Shown here: positions 45,762 through 55,338 of the stretch, in pieces
How positions within the stretch are numbered: the first letter of the stretch is position 1
How the letters are laid out: every line of letters starts with the position of its first letter
From: an uncultured Bacteroidota bacterium
GTDB lineage: Bacteria > Bacteroidota > Bacteroidia > Flavobacteriales > Flavobacteriaceae
DNA length: 64,000 bases
NCBI GenBank assembly: GCA_902583445.1
Contig: CACHVZ010000002.1
Location: 82,191-146,190 of the forward strand
Direction of reading: 5' to 3'
Program-made: the position numbers and the translations under genes
Notes under the pieces: model-generated
What the model saw: only the letters and a program-made list of their open reading frames with translations
The model's database searches: none
Told to the model about the DNA's origin: nothing

Positions 45762-46964
45762 TTAGAATATATCTATTTGTCCTATTAAAAGGTCATTTAG
45801 AGATTGAGCCTCTCTTATTTTAAGAATTTTATTATTATAAATACAAACTTCAGCAGGTTTAAGTCTACTATTATAATTACTAGACATTTCAAACCCATAT
45901 GCTCCAGCGTTTTTAAAACATATTAAATCGCCTACAGAAGTTTCTGGTATTTTTCTTTTTTCAGCAAAGGTGTCTTTCTCACAAATATAACCAACAACAT
46001 CGTATTCTTTTTTTTTACCTGCTGGATTAGAGAGGTTTATAATTTCATGATGAGACCCATATAGAGTAGGTCGAAGTAAATGATTAAGGCCAGAATCTAC
46101 TTGCAGGAAATCTTTAGTTTTTGTAGACTTAATGTAATTCACTTTAGTTATAAAAAACCCACAATCACTCACAAGAAACTTACCTGGTTCAAATATTAGT
46201 TTTAATTTTTTATTAAATTCTAACTCAAACTTTTTTAGTTCTTTTGAAACCTCTTTTACATAATCATTCAGATTAGTTGAAGTATCATCTTTAAAGTATG
46301 GAATTTTTATCCCACCACCTAAATCAATACTCTCAATGTTTTTGAAGTCTCTAGCAATGGAGAAAATCTTCTTGATCCCTTCCTTAAATTGATTATTTTT
46401 AGTTATATCACTTCCGGTGTGAATATGAAGACCTGTAATCTTAATTTTATCTTTTTTCTCCATATCCACCAATTCATCTATTCTTTCTTCAGGAATTCCA
46501 AACTTTGATTTAGAGTGTCCTACGCTAACATTATCATTTCCTCCGGCATAAATCCCTGGATTTATCCTAACAGTTATTGATTGATTGCCAAACTCATTTA
46601 CAAAATCTTTTACAGATTCTATGCTATCAAGATTTATTTTAACTCCAAGCTTGAATGCCTGCTTTATCTCTTCAAAACTAACACCATTTGGAGTATATAG
46701 AATTTCATCTTTATTGAAACCACATTTCAGGCCAATCATAACTTCCTCAATTGAAACTGCGTCAAGACCAGCTCCCATTTTCTTAATAAACTTTAAAATT
46801 GAAATATTAGATAGAGACTTGGCTGCAAAATGAATTTTGTAGTTTTCTAAAACACTTAACTCTTTGTTTAATTTGTCAAATTGATTTTCAATTGTTTTTA
46901 GGTCATACAAATAAATTGGAGTTCCAAATTTTAAAGCTGCCTCTTTAAGTATTTTAATATCCAT
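45762..46964 (-). CDS. lysA: Diaminopimelate decarboxylase
   Basis: 400 aa with PLP-Lys context HFAAKS, plus DLGGGI and EPGKFLV. Confidence 0.88.
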   Translation of the reverse strand: MDIKILKEAALKFGTPIYLYDLKTIENQFDKLNKELSVLENYKIHFAAKSLSNISILKFIKKMGAGLDAVSIEEVMIGLKCGFNKDEILYTPNGVSFEEIKQAFKLGVKINLDSIESVKDFVNEFGNQSITVRINPGIYAGGNDNVSVGHSKSKFGIPEERIDELVDMEKKDKIKITGLHIHTGSDITKNNQFKEGIKKIFSIARDFKNIESIDLGGGIKIPYFKDDTSTNLNDYVKEVSKELKKFELEFNKKLKLIFEPGKFLVSDCGFFITKVNYIKSTKTKDFLQVDSGLNHLLRPTLYGSHHEIINLSNPAGKKKEYDVVGYICEKDTFAEKRKIPETSVGDLICFKNAGAYGFEMSSNYNSRLKPAEVCIYNNKILKIREAQSLNDLLIGQIDIF

Positions 46965-47029
46965 TTTTTGTTTTAAGCGATAAATATAATTCTGATTTTA
47001 AATAATTCAAATATCTTTAGTTTTGTATT

Positions 47030-47037
47030 TATATTTG
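47030..47037 (+). promoter_or_regulatory. Candidate -7 promoter box for sucC, 5 nt from the ATG
   Basis: TATATTTG-TCGCC-ATG. Confidence 0.4.
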
Positions 47038-47042
47038 TCGCC

Positions 47043-48233
47043 ATGAATTTACATGAATATCAAGGAAAACAATTATTAGAAAAATTTAATGTTTCAATAC
47101 AAAGAGGCTTTGTGGCAAATAATCCAGATGAGGCTGTTGAGTGCGCAAAAAAACTTTCAAATCAAACAGGGACAGAAATTTTTGTTGTGAAAGCTCAAAT
47201 TCATGCAGGTGGAAGAGGAAAGGGTGGAGGAGTAAAAATTGCTAAATCTTTGGATGAGGTAAGATCTATTTCTTCAGAAATAATTGGAATGAATCTCGTA
47301 ACTCCACAAACTTCCAAAGAAGGTAAGCTAGTAAATAAAGTTTTAATTGCTGAAGATGTATATTATGATGGTGAGGGTGATAGAAAAGAGTTCTACATGT
47401 CAGTTTTACTAAATAGATCATCTTCAAAAAATATGATTGTATACTCAACCGAAGGTGGAGTAGATATTGAGGCAGTTGCTGAAAATACTCCAGATCTAAT
47501 ATTTAATGAAGAAATTGACCCTGGTTCTGGAATTCTTCCTTTTCAAGCTAGAAAAATTGCATTTAATCTTGGTCTAAAAGGTCAGGCTTTTAAAAACATG
47601 GTGAAATTTGTTACAAATCTTTACAATGCATACACTGGGTCAGATGCATCACTTTTTGAAATTAATCCTGTCCTCAAGGCAGCTGATGATAAAATTATAG
47701 CTGTAGATTCTAAAGTAACTATTGATGAAAATGCTCTTTTTAGACACTCCGAATATGAATCAATGCGAGACCTTAGTGAAGAAAATCCTGTTGAAGTTGA
47801 GGCTAGAGAGTCTGGGCTAAATTATGTTGACTTAGACGGTAATGTTGGATGTATGGTAAATGGAGCTGGCTTGGCAATGGCAACAATGGATTTGATTAAA
47901 CTTGCTGGAGGTGAGCCTGCTAATTTTCTTGATGTTGGTGGAACTGCTGATTCAAGCAGGGTTGAAAAAGCATTCAGATTAATTTTGCAAGATTCAAATG
48001 TAAAAGCAATACTGGTTAATATATTTGGTGGGATAGTAAGGTGTGACCGTGTAGCTGAGGGTATAGTTTCTGCATATACAAATCTTGGTAATATTGATAT
48101 ACCTATAATAGTTAGGCTTCAAGGAACTAATTCTGATAAAGCAAAAGAGATTATTGATGGTTCAGGATTAAATGTCCTGTCTGCAATTGCTTTTGATGAA
48201 GCCGCAAATAAAGTCCAAGCTGCTTTAAACTGA
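47043..48233 (+). CDS. sucC: Succinyl-CoA synthetase beta subunit
   Basis: 396 aa with the canonical N-terminus MNLHEYQGKQLL, plus GGRGKGGGV and NIFGGIVRCD. Confidence 0.95.
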   Translation: MNLHEYQGKQLLEKFNVSIQRGFVANNPDEAVECAKKLSNQTGTEIFVVKAQIHAGGRGKGGGVKIAKSLDEVRSISSEIIGMNLVTPQTSKEGKLVNKVLIAEDVYYDGEGDRKEFYMSVLLNRSSSKNMIVYSTEGGVDIEAVAENTPDLIFNEEIDPGSGILPFQARKIAFNLGLKGQAFKNMVKFVTNLYNAYTGSDASLFEINPVLKAADDKIIAVDSKVTIDENALFRHSEYESMRDLSEENPVEVEARESGLNYVDLDGNVGCMVNGAGLAMATMDLIKLAGGEPANFLDVGGTADSSRVEKAFRLILQDSNVKAILVNIFGGIVRCDRVAEGIVSAYTNLGNIDIPIIVRLQGTNSDKAKEIIDGSGLNVLSAIAFDEAANKVQAALN

Positions 48234-48353
48234 CATAAAGTCACTAATTTCTAATATTTTGTTGCCAAATTGTCATTATTTATGACTTGGTATTCTTTTT
48301 GACTATTACATAATGAATTTATAATTCAAATTGTTTAACTAAAAAAAAAAATT

Positions 48354-48776
48354 ATGAGAATAGTAAAATATAACAATAACAACGTTTTTCCATCATTAAT
48401 TAATGAATTCTTTAATGATGATTTTGGTATGAATTTTTTAAATAGAAGTCATTCTGTACCATCAGTAAATTCTTTAGAAAACAATGATTCTTTTGAGATT
48501 GACCTTGCAGTACCAGGAATGAAAAAAGAAGATTTCACTATTGAATTAAATGATAAGGTATTAATTATTTCATCTGAAACTTCAAATACTATGGAAAATG
48601 ATAAAATGAGATTAAATGAATTTAATTTCTCATCTTTTCAAAGATCATTTAGAGTTCCAGATTCGGTAGATCAAGACAAGATCAAGGCTAATTATAAAAA
48701 TGGTATTCTAAAAATTAAACTACCAAAAAGGAAAGAAAGTATATCTAAGCCAAACAGGGTAATTAATATTGGCTAA
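48354..48776 (+). CDS. Small heat-shock protein (Hsp20/alpha-crystallin)
   Basis: 140 aa with an alpha-crystallin domain (FEIDLAVPGMKKEDFTIEL ... F.RSFRVPD ... A.YKNGILKIKLPK). Confidence 0.85.
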   Translation: MRIVKYNNNNVFPSLINEFFNDDFGMNFLNRSHSVPSVNSLENNDSFEIDLAVPGMKKEDFTIELNDKVLIISSETSNTMENDKMRLNEFNFSSFQRSFRVPDSVDQDKIKANYKNGILKIKLPKRKESISKPNRVINIG

Positions 48777-48792
48777 ATATTTTTAATAATCC

Positions 48793-48825
48793 AAAAAATT
48801 AGGTGCACATAAGTGCACCTTTTTT
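48793..48825. terminator. Bidirectional rho-independent terminator shared by hsp20 and uvrB
   Basis: AGGTGCAC-ATAA-GTGCACCT (48801-48820) is flanked by A6 upstream and T5 downstream. It lies between convergent genes. Confidence 0.8.
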
Positions 48826-50806
48826 ATTTTAATTTCTTTTTGAGGAGCTCAATTTTATCTCTAAGATCTGCAGCAGATAAAAAGTCAAGTTTTTTTGCTA
48901 CATCTTCCATCTGTTTTCTTAATTCTTTAATTCTCTTTTCTATCTCATTTCTTGTTTGGTAGGCCTTAAGTTCTTCTTCAAAATCCTCATAAGAACTATT
49001 TACAATTTGAATATCTTTTTCAAATGTATTTGTAAATGATTTATCCATTTGTTTTGGAATAATATCATTTTCAATATTAAATTCTTCTTGTTTTTTCCTT
49101 CTATATGATGTCTCAGTTATTGTCTTGTCCATACTATCTGTAATAGAATCAGCATACATAATTGCTTTTCCATTAATATTTCTTGCAGCTCTTCCAACAG
49201 TTTGAATTAACGATCTATGACTTCTTAAGAATCCCTCTTTATCTGCATCTAAAATGGCCACTAAGGATACTTCGGGTAAATCAAGACCTTCTCTTAAAAG
49301 ATTTACCCCAACTAAAACATCAAAATATCCTTTTCTAAGATTTTGCATTATTTCAACTCTTTCTAATGTATCAATATCACTATGAATGTAGTTTGCTCTA
49401 ATCTTTGCTTTATGAAGAAATTTTGTAAGCTCTTCAGCCATTCTTTTAGTTAGGGTTGTAACTAGAACTCTCTCATCACTCTCAACTCTTAGTAATATCT
49501 CTTCTATTAAATCATCTATTTGATTTTCAGATTTTCTAATCTCAATAATAGGATCTAAAACACCAGTTGGCCTAATTATCTGCTCAACATATAGACCTTC
49601 AGACATTTTTAACTCGTATTCTGCAGGTGTAGCACTAACATATAGAACATTATTTTGTAAATGTTTAAACTCCTCAAATTTTAATGGTCTGTTGTCTAAT
49701 GCTGCAGGTAATCTAAACCCATATTCAACTAAATTCTCTTTTCTACTTCTATCACCACCATACATTGCATGAACTTGTGGAATTGTAACATGACTTTCAT
49801 CAATAACCATTAAATAATCTTCTGGGAAATAATCAAGAAGACAGAATGGCCTTGTTCCAGGATCTCTTCCGTCTAAATATCTCGAATAGTTTTCTATACC
49901 AGAACAATATCCAAGTTCTTTAATCATCTCTAAGTCAAATTCTGTTCTCTCTCTAATTCGTTTTGATTCTATAGATTTTTCTATCTCATCAAAATATTTG
50001 ACTTGTTCTTCTAAATCAAATTCAATATTATTGATTGCAGACTTAATGCTTGACTCTGAAGTAACAAATATCATAGCAGGAAAGATCCTTAGCGATTCAA
50101 AATTTTCAATTTTATTACCTGATATAGGATCAAAAGACTCAATACTTTCAATTACATCTCCAAAAAAGTTTATTCTGTAGAATAAATCAGAATAACTAGG
50201 AAAAATATCAATTACATCTCCCTTGACAGAAAAACTACCTCTATTAAGTTCATTAATAGACCTTGAATATTGACTCTTTACAAATTGAGAAAGAAGTTTT
50301 GAAATTTGAATTTCATCATCAATAGAAATTTGAATTACGTGTTTTTTAAACTCATTTGGGTTACCAATTCCATAAATACAAGAAACTGATGCAACAACTA
50401 TAATATCCATTCTTCCAGATAATAAAGACGAAGTTGCACTAAGTCTATATTTCTCTATTTGTTCATTTATTGATAAATCTTTCTCTATATATAATCCAGA
50501 CGATGGAATGTAAGCTTCTGGTTGATAGTAATCGTAATATGAAACAAAATATTCTACAGCATTATTCGGAAAAAAATTTTGAAACTCTGAATATAATTGA
50601 GCAGCTAAAGTTTTATTATGTGCTAAAACTAATGTTGGTCTTTTTATCTGCTGAATTACATTAGCTACAGTGAATGTTTTTCCTGATCCAGTTACACCCT
50701 GAAGTGTAACGTGATTATGATTATTATTAAATGAATTAACAATACTTTTAATTGCCTCTGGTTGATCACCAGTTGGTTTGAACTCAGATGTAAGTTGAAA
50801 ACTCAT
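48824..50806 (-). CDS. uvrB: Excinuclease ABC subunit B
   Basis: 660 aa with GVTGSGKT, helicase motifs and a C-terminal UVR coiled coil. Confidence 0.95.
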   Translation of the reverse strand: MSFQLTSEFKPTGDQPEAIKSIVNSFNNNHNHVTLQGVTGSGKTFTVANVIQQIKRPTLVLAHNKTLAAQLYSEFQNFFPNNAVEYFVSYYDYYQPEAYIPSSGLYIEKDLSINEQIEKYRLSATSSLLSGRMDIIVVASVSCIYGIGNPNEFKKHVIQISIDDEIQISKLLSQFVKSQYSRSINELNRGSFSVKGDVIDIFPSYSDLFYRINFFGDVIESIESFDPISGNKIENFESLRIFPAMIFVTSESSIKSAINNIEFDLEEQVKYFDEIEKSIESKRIRERTEFDLEMIKELGYCSGIENYSRYLDGRDPGTRPFCLLDYFPEDYLMVIDESHVTIPQVHAMYGGDRSRKENLVEYGFRLPAALDNRPLKFEEFKHLQNNVLYVSATPAEYELKMSEGLYVEQIIRPTGVLDPIIEIRKSENQIDDLIEEILLRVESDERVLVTTLTKRMAEELTKFLHKAKIRANYIHSDIDTLERVEIMQNLRKGYFDVLVGVNLLREGLDLPEVSLVAILDADKEGFLRSHRSLIQTVGRAARNINGKAIMYADSITDSMDKTITETSYRRKKQEEFNIENDIIPKQMDKSFTNTFEKDIQIVNSSYEDFEEELKAYQTRNEIEKRIKELRKQMEDVAKKLDFLSAADLRDKIELLKKKLK

Positions 50807-51264
50807 AAATCTAAACTTTCATCTTGATCAAAATTATAGGCTTCGTTGGTATTGTTGTATATATCTGATGGTGCCTCTTTAGGAACATCTCCAACAGAAT
50901 TTATGCATTCAAACTTTGAGCCTGAATTACTTAATTCATCTATTTCATATAATTCAACAAAAAATGTCCAATAATTTAAAAAATCATAAACAAAGATCAT
51001 TTTATCTCCATTTAGAACAAAATAGTTGGAAATAGGGGCTTTATCCATTATTTCATCATTATCATCAATTTTAAAAATTTTGATTTCTTCTAGTTGCTCC
51101 CAATTTTCATTACTAATATGGAATGTAGAAATTTCTGTAGAGTCAAAACCAAATTGATCAGAAATTATTTTACTAAATTCAAGTAAACTAGTTGAGGAAT
51201 CAACTATTATATCTCGAAGAACATCATCTTTTACATTTAAAATTATTCTAAATTTTAACCTCAT
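50803..51264 (-). CDS. Small acidic protein, possibly MM3350-like/pRiA4b ORF-3-like domain
   Basis: 153 aa. FRIILNVKDDVLRDIIVDSSTSLLEFSKIISDQFGFDSTEISTF and FVYDFLNYWTFFVELYEI echo the PF07929 pattern (Y.L.V.L...WR.i.V....L..LH..iq...GW...HL..F ... Y.YDFGD.W.H.i..E). This is from recollection only. Confidence 0.4.
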   Translation of the reverse strand: MRLKFRIILNVKDDVLRDIIVDSSTSLLEFSKIISDQFGFDSTEISTFHISNENWEQLEEIKIFKIDDNDEIMDKAPISNYFVLNGDKMIFVYDFLNYWTFFVELYEIDELSNSGSKFECINSVGDVPKEAPSDIYNNTNEAYNFDQDESLDL

Positions 51265-52276
51265 TAGTTCTATAATTATATAACATTAAAAAATAAAATT
51301 GTAAACCAACTATTATAGTAGATAATAATAAGTGGATAGGTTGAGTGCTAAATGGAAAATTGAAATAAAACATCACAATACCAGAAATAATTTGAATAAA
51401 GATTAATGCATTAACAGAGTATATAATTATTGATTTCAATCTAATTTTATTTAATAAATAAAAAATGTAAGAATTTAAGATAATTATAATCCATGAAAAG
51501 CTTCTATGTGTATAAAAAATACTAGGAATTTCTTCAAACCACTTTTCCTTTTGAGAGTAGTTATAAAGTTCCATCTTAATATCAACAAACTTTCTTACTT
51601 CAGTTCCTATTAAAACTTGTCCTAACAAAATTATTATTGATACAATAATTAAAACAGATATAGTTCTTGGTAAATCTATAAGTGTTGATTTATTACTTAC
51701 AATTGATAGAATTGAAAATAAAATAAATAAAAGTATTATAGCCATAATCATATGAATTGAAATTGTGTTAGCAGACAGGTTGCTGTCTACAACTATTTTA
51801 CCAAGCCATGCTTGAAATAAAATAGCAACAAGAGATAAAAATGCAAGAAATGTTATTAAGAATCTCTTATTAATATATTTTAAAGAGCTTATAAATAAAA
51901 TTAAGACTGAAATTCCAGCAATTGCACCAATAAGTCTATTTATGTATTCAATCCATGTATGATAAACGTTAAATTTAGCATAATCATGTTTAGTATATTT
52001 TTCCCAATTATCAATGTTTAGAATATCAGCTGACCTAAAATCATCTACTGCAAAAAATAATTCATCTTCAATAATAATTATTTGGTTTTTATTAAAATCA
52101 GAGTTAGGTTTCCAGTCTAATTGAGATCTTTCAGTTGGTGGTATTAAATATCCAAAGCATTTCGGCCAATCAGGACATCCCATTCCACTTCCAGTCATCC
52201 TTACAATTGCACCAGCTAGAATAACTAGATAAACAATTAATATCGAGGCAAGTGCTAGATTATATATTTTATTCAT
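51248..52276 (-). CDS. ctaA: Heme A synthase (COX15/CtaA family)
   Basis: 342 aa, about 8 TM segments, with GSGMGCPDWPKC. Confidence 0.8.
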   Translation of the reverse strand: MNKIYNLALASILIVYLVILAGAIVRMTGSGMGCPDWPKCFGYLIPPTERSQLDWKPNSDFNKNQIIIIEDELFFAVDDFRSADILNIDNWEKYTKHDYAKFNVYHTWIEYINRLIGAIAGISVLILFISSLKYINKRFLITFLAFLSLVAILFQAWLGKIVVDSNLSANTISIHMIMAIILLFILFSILSIVSNKSTLIDLPRTISVLIIVSIIILLGQVLIGTEVRKFVDIKMELYNYSQKEKWFEEIPSIFYTHRSFSWIIIILNSYIFYLLNKIRLKSIIIYSVNALIFIQIISGIVMFYFNFPFSTQPIHLLLSTIIVGLQFYFLMLYNYRTNEVKI

Positions 52277-53708
52277 CCTTCAAGCCTAAAGATTTTCCTG
52301 TTTTAACCATAAGATCGTGAGCTTCATTATAATCATTCCTAATATCTCCATCTAGAATGGCATTTTTAATTTTTTCTTTAATTAAGCCAATCTCTTTACA
52401 AGGTTTAATATTAAAATAAGCCATAATTATCTCACCTGTAATAGGTGGTTGAAAATTTCTGATACTATCTCTCTCTTCAACATCTTTAATTTTCTGACGA
52501 ACTATTTTAAAATTATTCTGATAGATTAATGTCTTCTTCATATTCTTTGTTGTTATATCAGCCTCACAAAGAGTTAGTAAATCATCAATGTCATTGCCAG
52601 CATCATATATAAGCCTTCTTACAGCAGAATCTGTTACAATATCTTCGGATATAATAATTGGTCTAGAGCTCATCATAACTATTTTTTGAACATATTTTAA
52701 TTTCTCATTTAATGGTAGACTTAGTCGTGTAAATATTTTCTTGACCATTTTGGAACCAATAAATTCATGGCCATGAAATGTCCATCCAATTTTTTTACTA
52801 AATTTTTTTGTAGGAGCCTTACCAACATCATGTAAAAGTGCTGCCCATCTGAGCCATACATTTTCTGTATTTCTTGATATATTATCAACGACTTCTAATG
52901 TATGATAAAAGTTATCTTTATGAGTTTGACCTTCAACCTCTTCAACACCTTTAAGGTCTATAAGCTCTGGCAAAATATGATTGAGAAGATTTAATTTCTC
53001 AAGATTTCTGAATCCATTTGATGGCGTCTGGGACATTAAAATTTTGTTAATCTCATCTGATATCCTTTCAGAAGACAAAATTTCTAATCTATTTGAATTT
53101 TTTTTAATTGAATTTTGAGTATTCATATCAATTTCAAAATTTAATTCACATGAGAATCTAATTGCTCTTAACATTCTAAGTGGATCATCCGAAAATGTCT
53201 TATTAGGATCTGTGGGGGTCTTTATAATACCTTTTTCTATATCATCAATACCTCCAAATGTATCTATTAATTCTCCAAAATAATTTTTATTTAATCTTAT
53301 TGCAAGTGTATTGATTGTAAAGTCTCTTCTAAGCATATCATCCAAAAATGTTCCTTCTTCAATACTTGGCTTCCTGCTATCATTTGAATAAGATTCTTTC
53401 CTTGCACCAACAAACTCAATATTGTAATTATTGAACTTTATCATTGCAGTTCCAAACCTTTTAAAAATATTAATTTTTGAAGGTGTTGTATTTGGTCTAA
53501 TTCTCTTATAAAAATTTTTAGCTAAATCTATACCTGAGCCAACACACATAACATCAATATCTTTTTTAACAGGTCTTCTAAGGCATAGATCCCTAACATA
53601 GCCACCTACAACATATGAGTCAACTCCCAAATCATCAGATGCCTCTGATATTTTTATAAAAATATCTTCTTTCAATTTTTTTTTGATAATTTCTTTATTA
53701 ACTCTCAT
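52269..53708 (-). CDS. cca: tRNA nucleotidyltransferase (CCA-adding)/poly(A) polymerase family with HD domain
   Basis: 479 aa with the head domain VGGYVRD ... DIDV, RRDFTINTLA, and the HD motif LLHDVGK. Confidence 0.8.
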   Translation of the reverse strand: MRVNKEIIKKKLKEDIFIKISEASDDLGVDSYVVGGYVRDLCLRRPVKKDIDVMCVGSGIDLAKNFYKRIRPNTTPSKINIFKRFGTAMIKFNNYNIEFVGARKESYSNDSRKPSIEEGTFLDDMLRRDFTINTLAIRLNKNYFGELIDTFGGIDDIEKGIIKTPTDPNKTFSDDPLRMLRAIRFSCELNFEIDMNTQNSIKKNSNRLEILSSERISDEINKILMSQTPSNGFRNLEKLNLLNHILPELIDLKGVEEVEGQTHKDNFYHTLEVVDNISRNTENVWLRWAALLHDVGKAPTKKFSKKIGWTFHGHEFIGSKMVKKIFTRLSLPLNEKLKYVQKIVMMSSRPIIISEDIVTDSAVRRLIYDAGNDIDDLLTLCEADITTKNMKKTLIYQNNFKIVRQKIKDVEERDSIRNFQPPITGEIIMAYFNIKPCKEIGLIKEKIKNAILDGDIRNDYNEAHDLMVKTGKSLGLKDE

Positions 53709-54259
53709 CTTAATTTAGTTATTAAGCCTTTTTCATCAATCTTTAATATTGTTGAAGCTGAATATGATCTTTTATTCATTCCATAGTTAACTACATAATC
53801 TACTTTACTCTTTATTTCTGAACTTATTAAATTAAATTCTAAAGGAATGCCAAATCCTGATATATTAGCAGAAGTAGAGACTATTGGCCTGCCAAATTTA
53901 ATTAAAAGCTCTGAGCAAAAATTATCATTAGGAACTCTAAAACCTATAGAATAACTATTACTTGACACATACTTTGAAATTTTATTTGGATTATTAAAAA
54001 TAAAAGTGGTAGGAGATTTTTCAGATATTGATTTCAATTTTTTTAGATTTGAAACTTCTACATATTCGCCAACCATCTCAAAGCTAGAGGCAAGACATAT
54101 TAATGGTTTTGAATGATCTCTTCTTTTGATTTCAAATACTTTTTTTACTGCAGTATCACAACAAGCATCACATCCAATGCCCCATATTGTATCTGTTGGA
54201 TATAAAATAATTCCACCAGATTTCAATACATCTACTGCATTTGTAATTTCATTATTCAA
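53705..54259 (-). CDS. tsaC: L-threonylcarbamoyladenylate synthase (YrdC/Sua5 family)
   Basis: 184 aa with ILYPTDTIWGIGCDA and VSTSANISG. TTG start. Confidence 0.8.
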   Translation of the reverse strand: MNNEITNAVDVLKSGGIILYPTDTIWGIGCDACCDTAVKKVFEIKRRDHSKPLICLASSFEMVGEYVEVSNLKKLKSISEKSPTTFIFNNPNKISKYVSSNSYSIGFRVPNDNFCSELLIKFGRPIVSTSANISGFGIPLEFNLISSEIKSKVDYVVNYGMNKRSYSASTILKIDEKGLITKLR

Positions 54260-54262
54260 TTT

Positions 54263-54769
54263 TTGATAATTTTACACGTAAAAATATATAATTTAATTCT
54301 AAAGACACTTAATAAAAAAAATCAAAAAGTTAGAATCTTGTTAAATAAACAACTAAGTAAATATCTTGGAATTGACTTTGGAAATAAGAAGTCAGGTGTT
54401 TCCATATCTGATTCAAATAAACTTATCTCTTTTCCATTAGAAACAATAGAAACAAAAAATCTACTAGATTATATTAAACAAATATCTATTGATGAAAATA
54501 TTGAAATAGTTGTAATTGGTAAACCATTAAGGCTAAATAATGAGATTCATGATCTTGAAGAAGAGATTGTAAAATTCATTAAATCTTTAAAAAATTATCT
54601 TCCAAATATTCAAGTTGAGAGGATTGATGAAAGGTTTACATCAAAGATTTCTAAACAAATAATTATTAATTCTGGAGTAGGAAAAAAAAATAGAAGAGAT
54701 AAATTAATAATAGATAAAATAAGTGCATCTTTGATTTTAGAATCATATTTAATTCTAAAAAATAAATGA
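54263..54769 (+). CDS. ruvX: Putative pre-16S rRNA nuclease/Holliday-junction-resolvase-like YqgF
   Basis: Contains YLGIDFGNKKSGVSISD and DERFTS. The ORF-track start (TTG at 54263) is probably over-extended. The in-frame TTG at 54338 gives a typical protein of about 143 aa. Confidence 0.8.
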   Translation: MIILHVKIYNLILKTLNKKNQKVRILLNKQLSKYLGIDFGNKKSGVSISDSNKLISFPLETIETKNLLDYIKQISIDENIEIVVIGKPLRLNNEIHDLEEEIVKFIKSLKNYLPNIQVERIDERFTSKISKQIIINSGVGKKNRRDKLIIDKISASLILESYLILKNK

Positions 54770-55338
54770 TAAAACCTATTATTGCATATGGTGATCCAAT
54801 TTTAAATTTAAAAGTTGAAAAAATAAAATATAGTGAGTCAAACAGTATTGATTCTCTTGTAAACGATCTGTGGGATACTATGTATAATGCAAATGGGGTA
54901 GGGATTGCCGCTCCTCAAATTGGAGTATCAAAATCAATCTTTGTTGCAGATTTTTCTTTTTTTGAGGACGAGGATAGTTTTAATAAAGATGAACTTATAA
55001 ATATTAAACAGGTATTTATTAACCCAAAAATTATAAAAGAATCTGGTGATGATTTTATTTATTCTGAGGGCTGCCTAAGTATACCCAATATATCAGAAGA
55101 GGTAATTAGAAAAGAAAAGATCAAGATTAATTTTTTAAATGAGCAATTTCAACCTAAACAGATGAACTGTTCTGGAATAATTGCAAGGGTCATTCAACAT
55201 GAATATGATCATTTACAAGGAATACTTTTTACTGATAGAATTTCAAAGGACGCAAGGATTTCAATAGATAGTGAATTAAAAAACATATCTACTGGCAAAG
55301 TTGAGTCAAAGTATGAAATGAGTTTTTATAAAAACTAG
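54766..55338 (+). CDS. def: Peptide deformylase
   Basis: 190 aa with GVGIAAPQ, EGCLS and HEYDH. Confidence 0.9.
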   Translation: MIKPIIAYGDPILNLKVEKIKYSESNSIDSLVNDLWDTMYNANGVGIAAPQIGVSKSIFVADFSFFEDEDSFNKDELINIKQVFINPKIIKESGDDFIYSEGCLSIPNISEEVIRKEKIKINFLNEQFQPKQMNCSGIIARVIQHEYDHLQGILFTDRISKDARISIDSELKNISTGKVESKYEMSFYKN

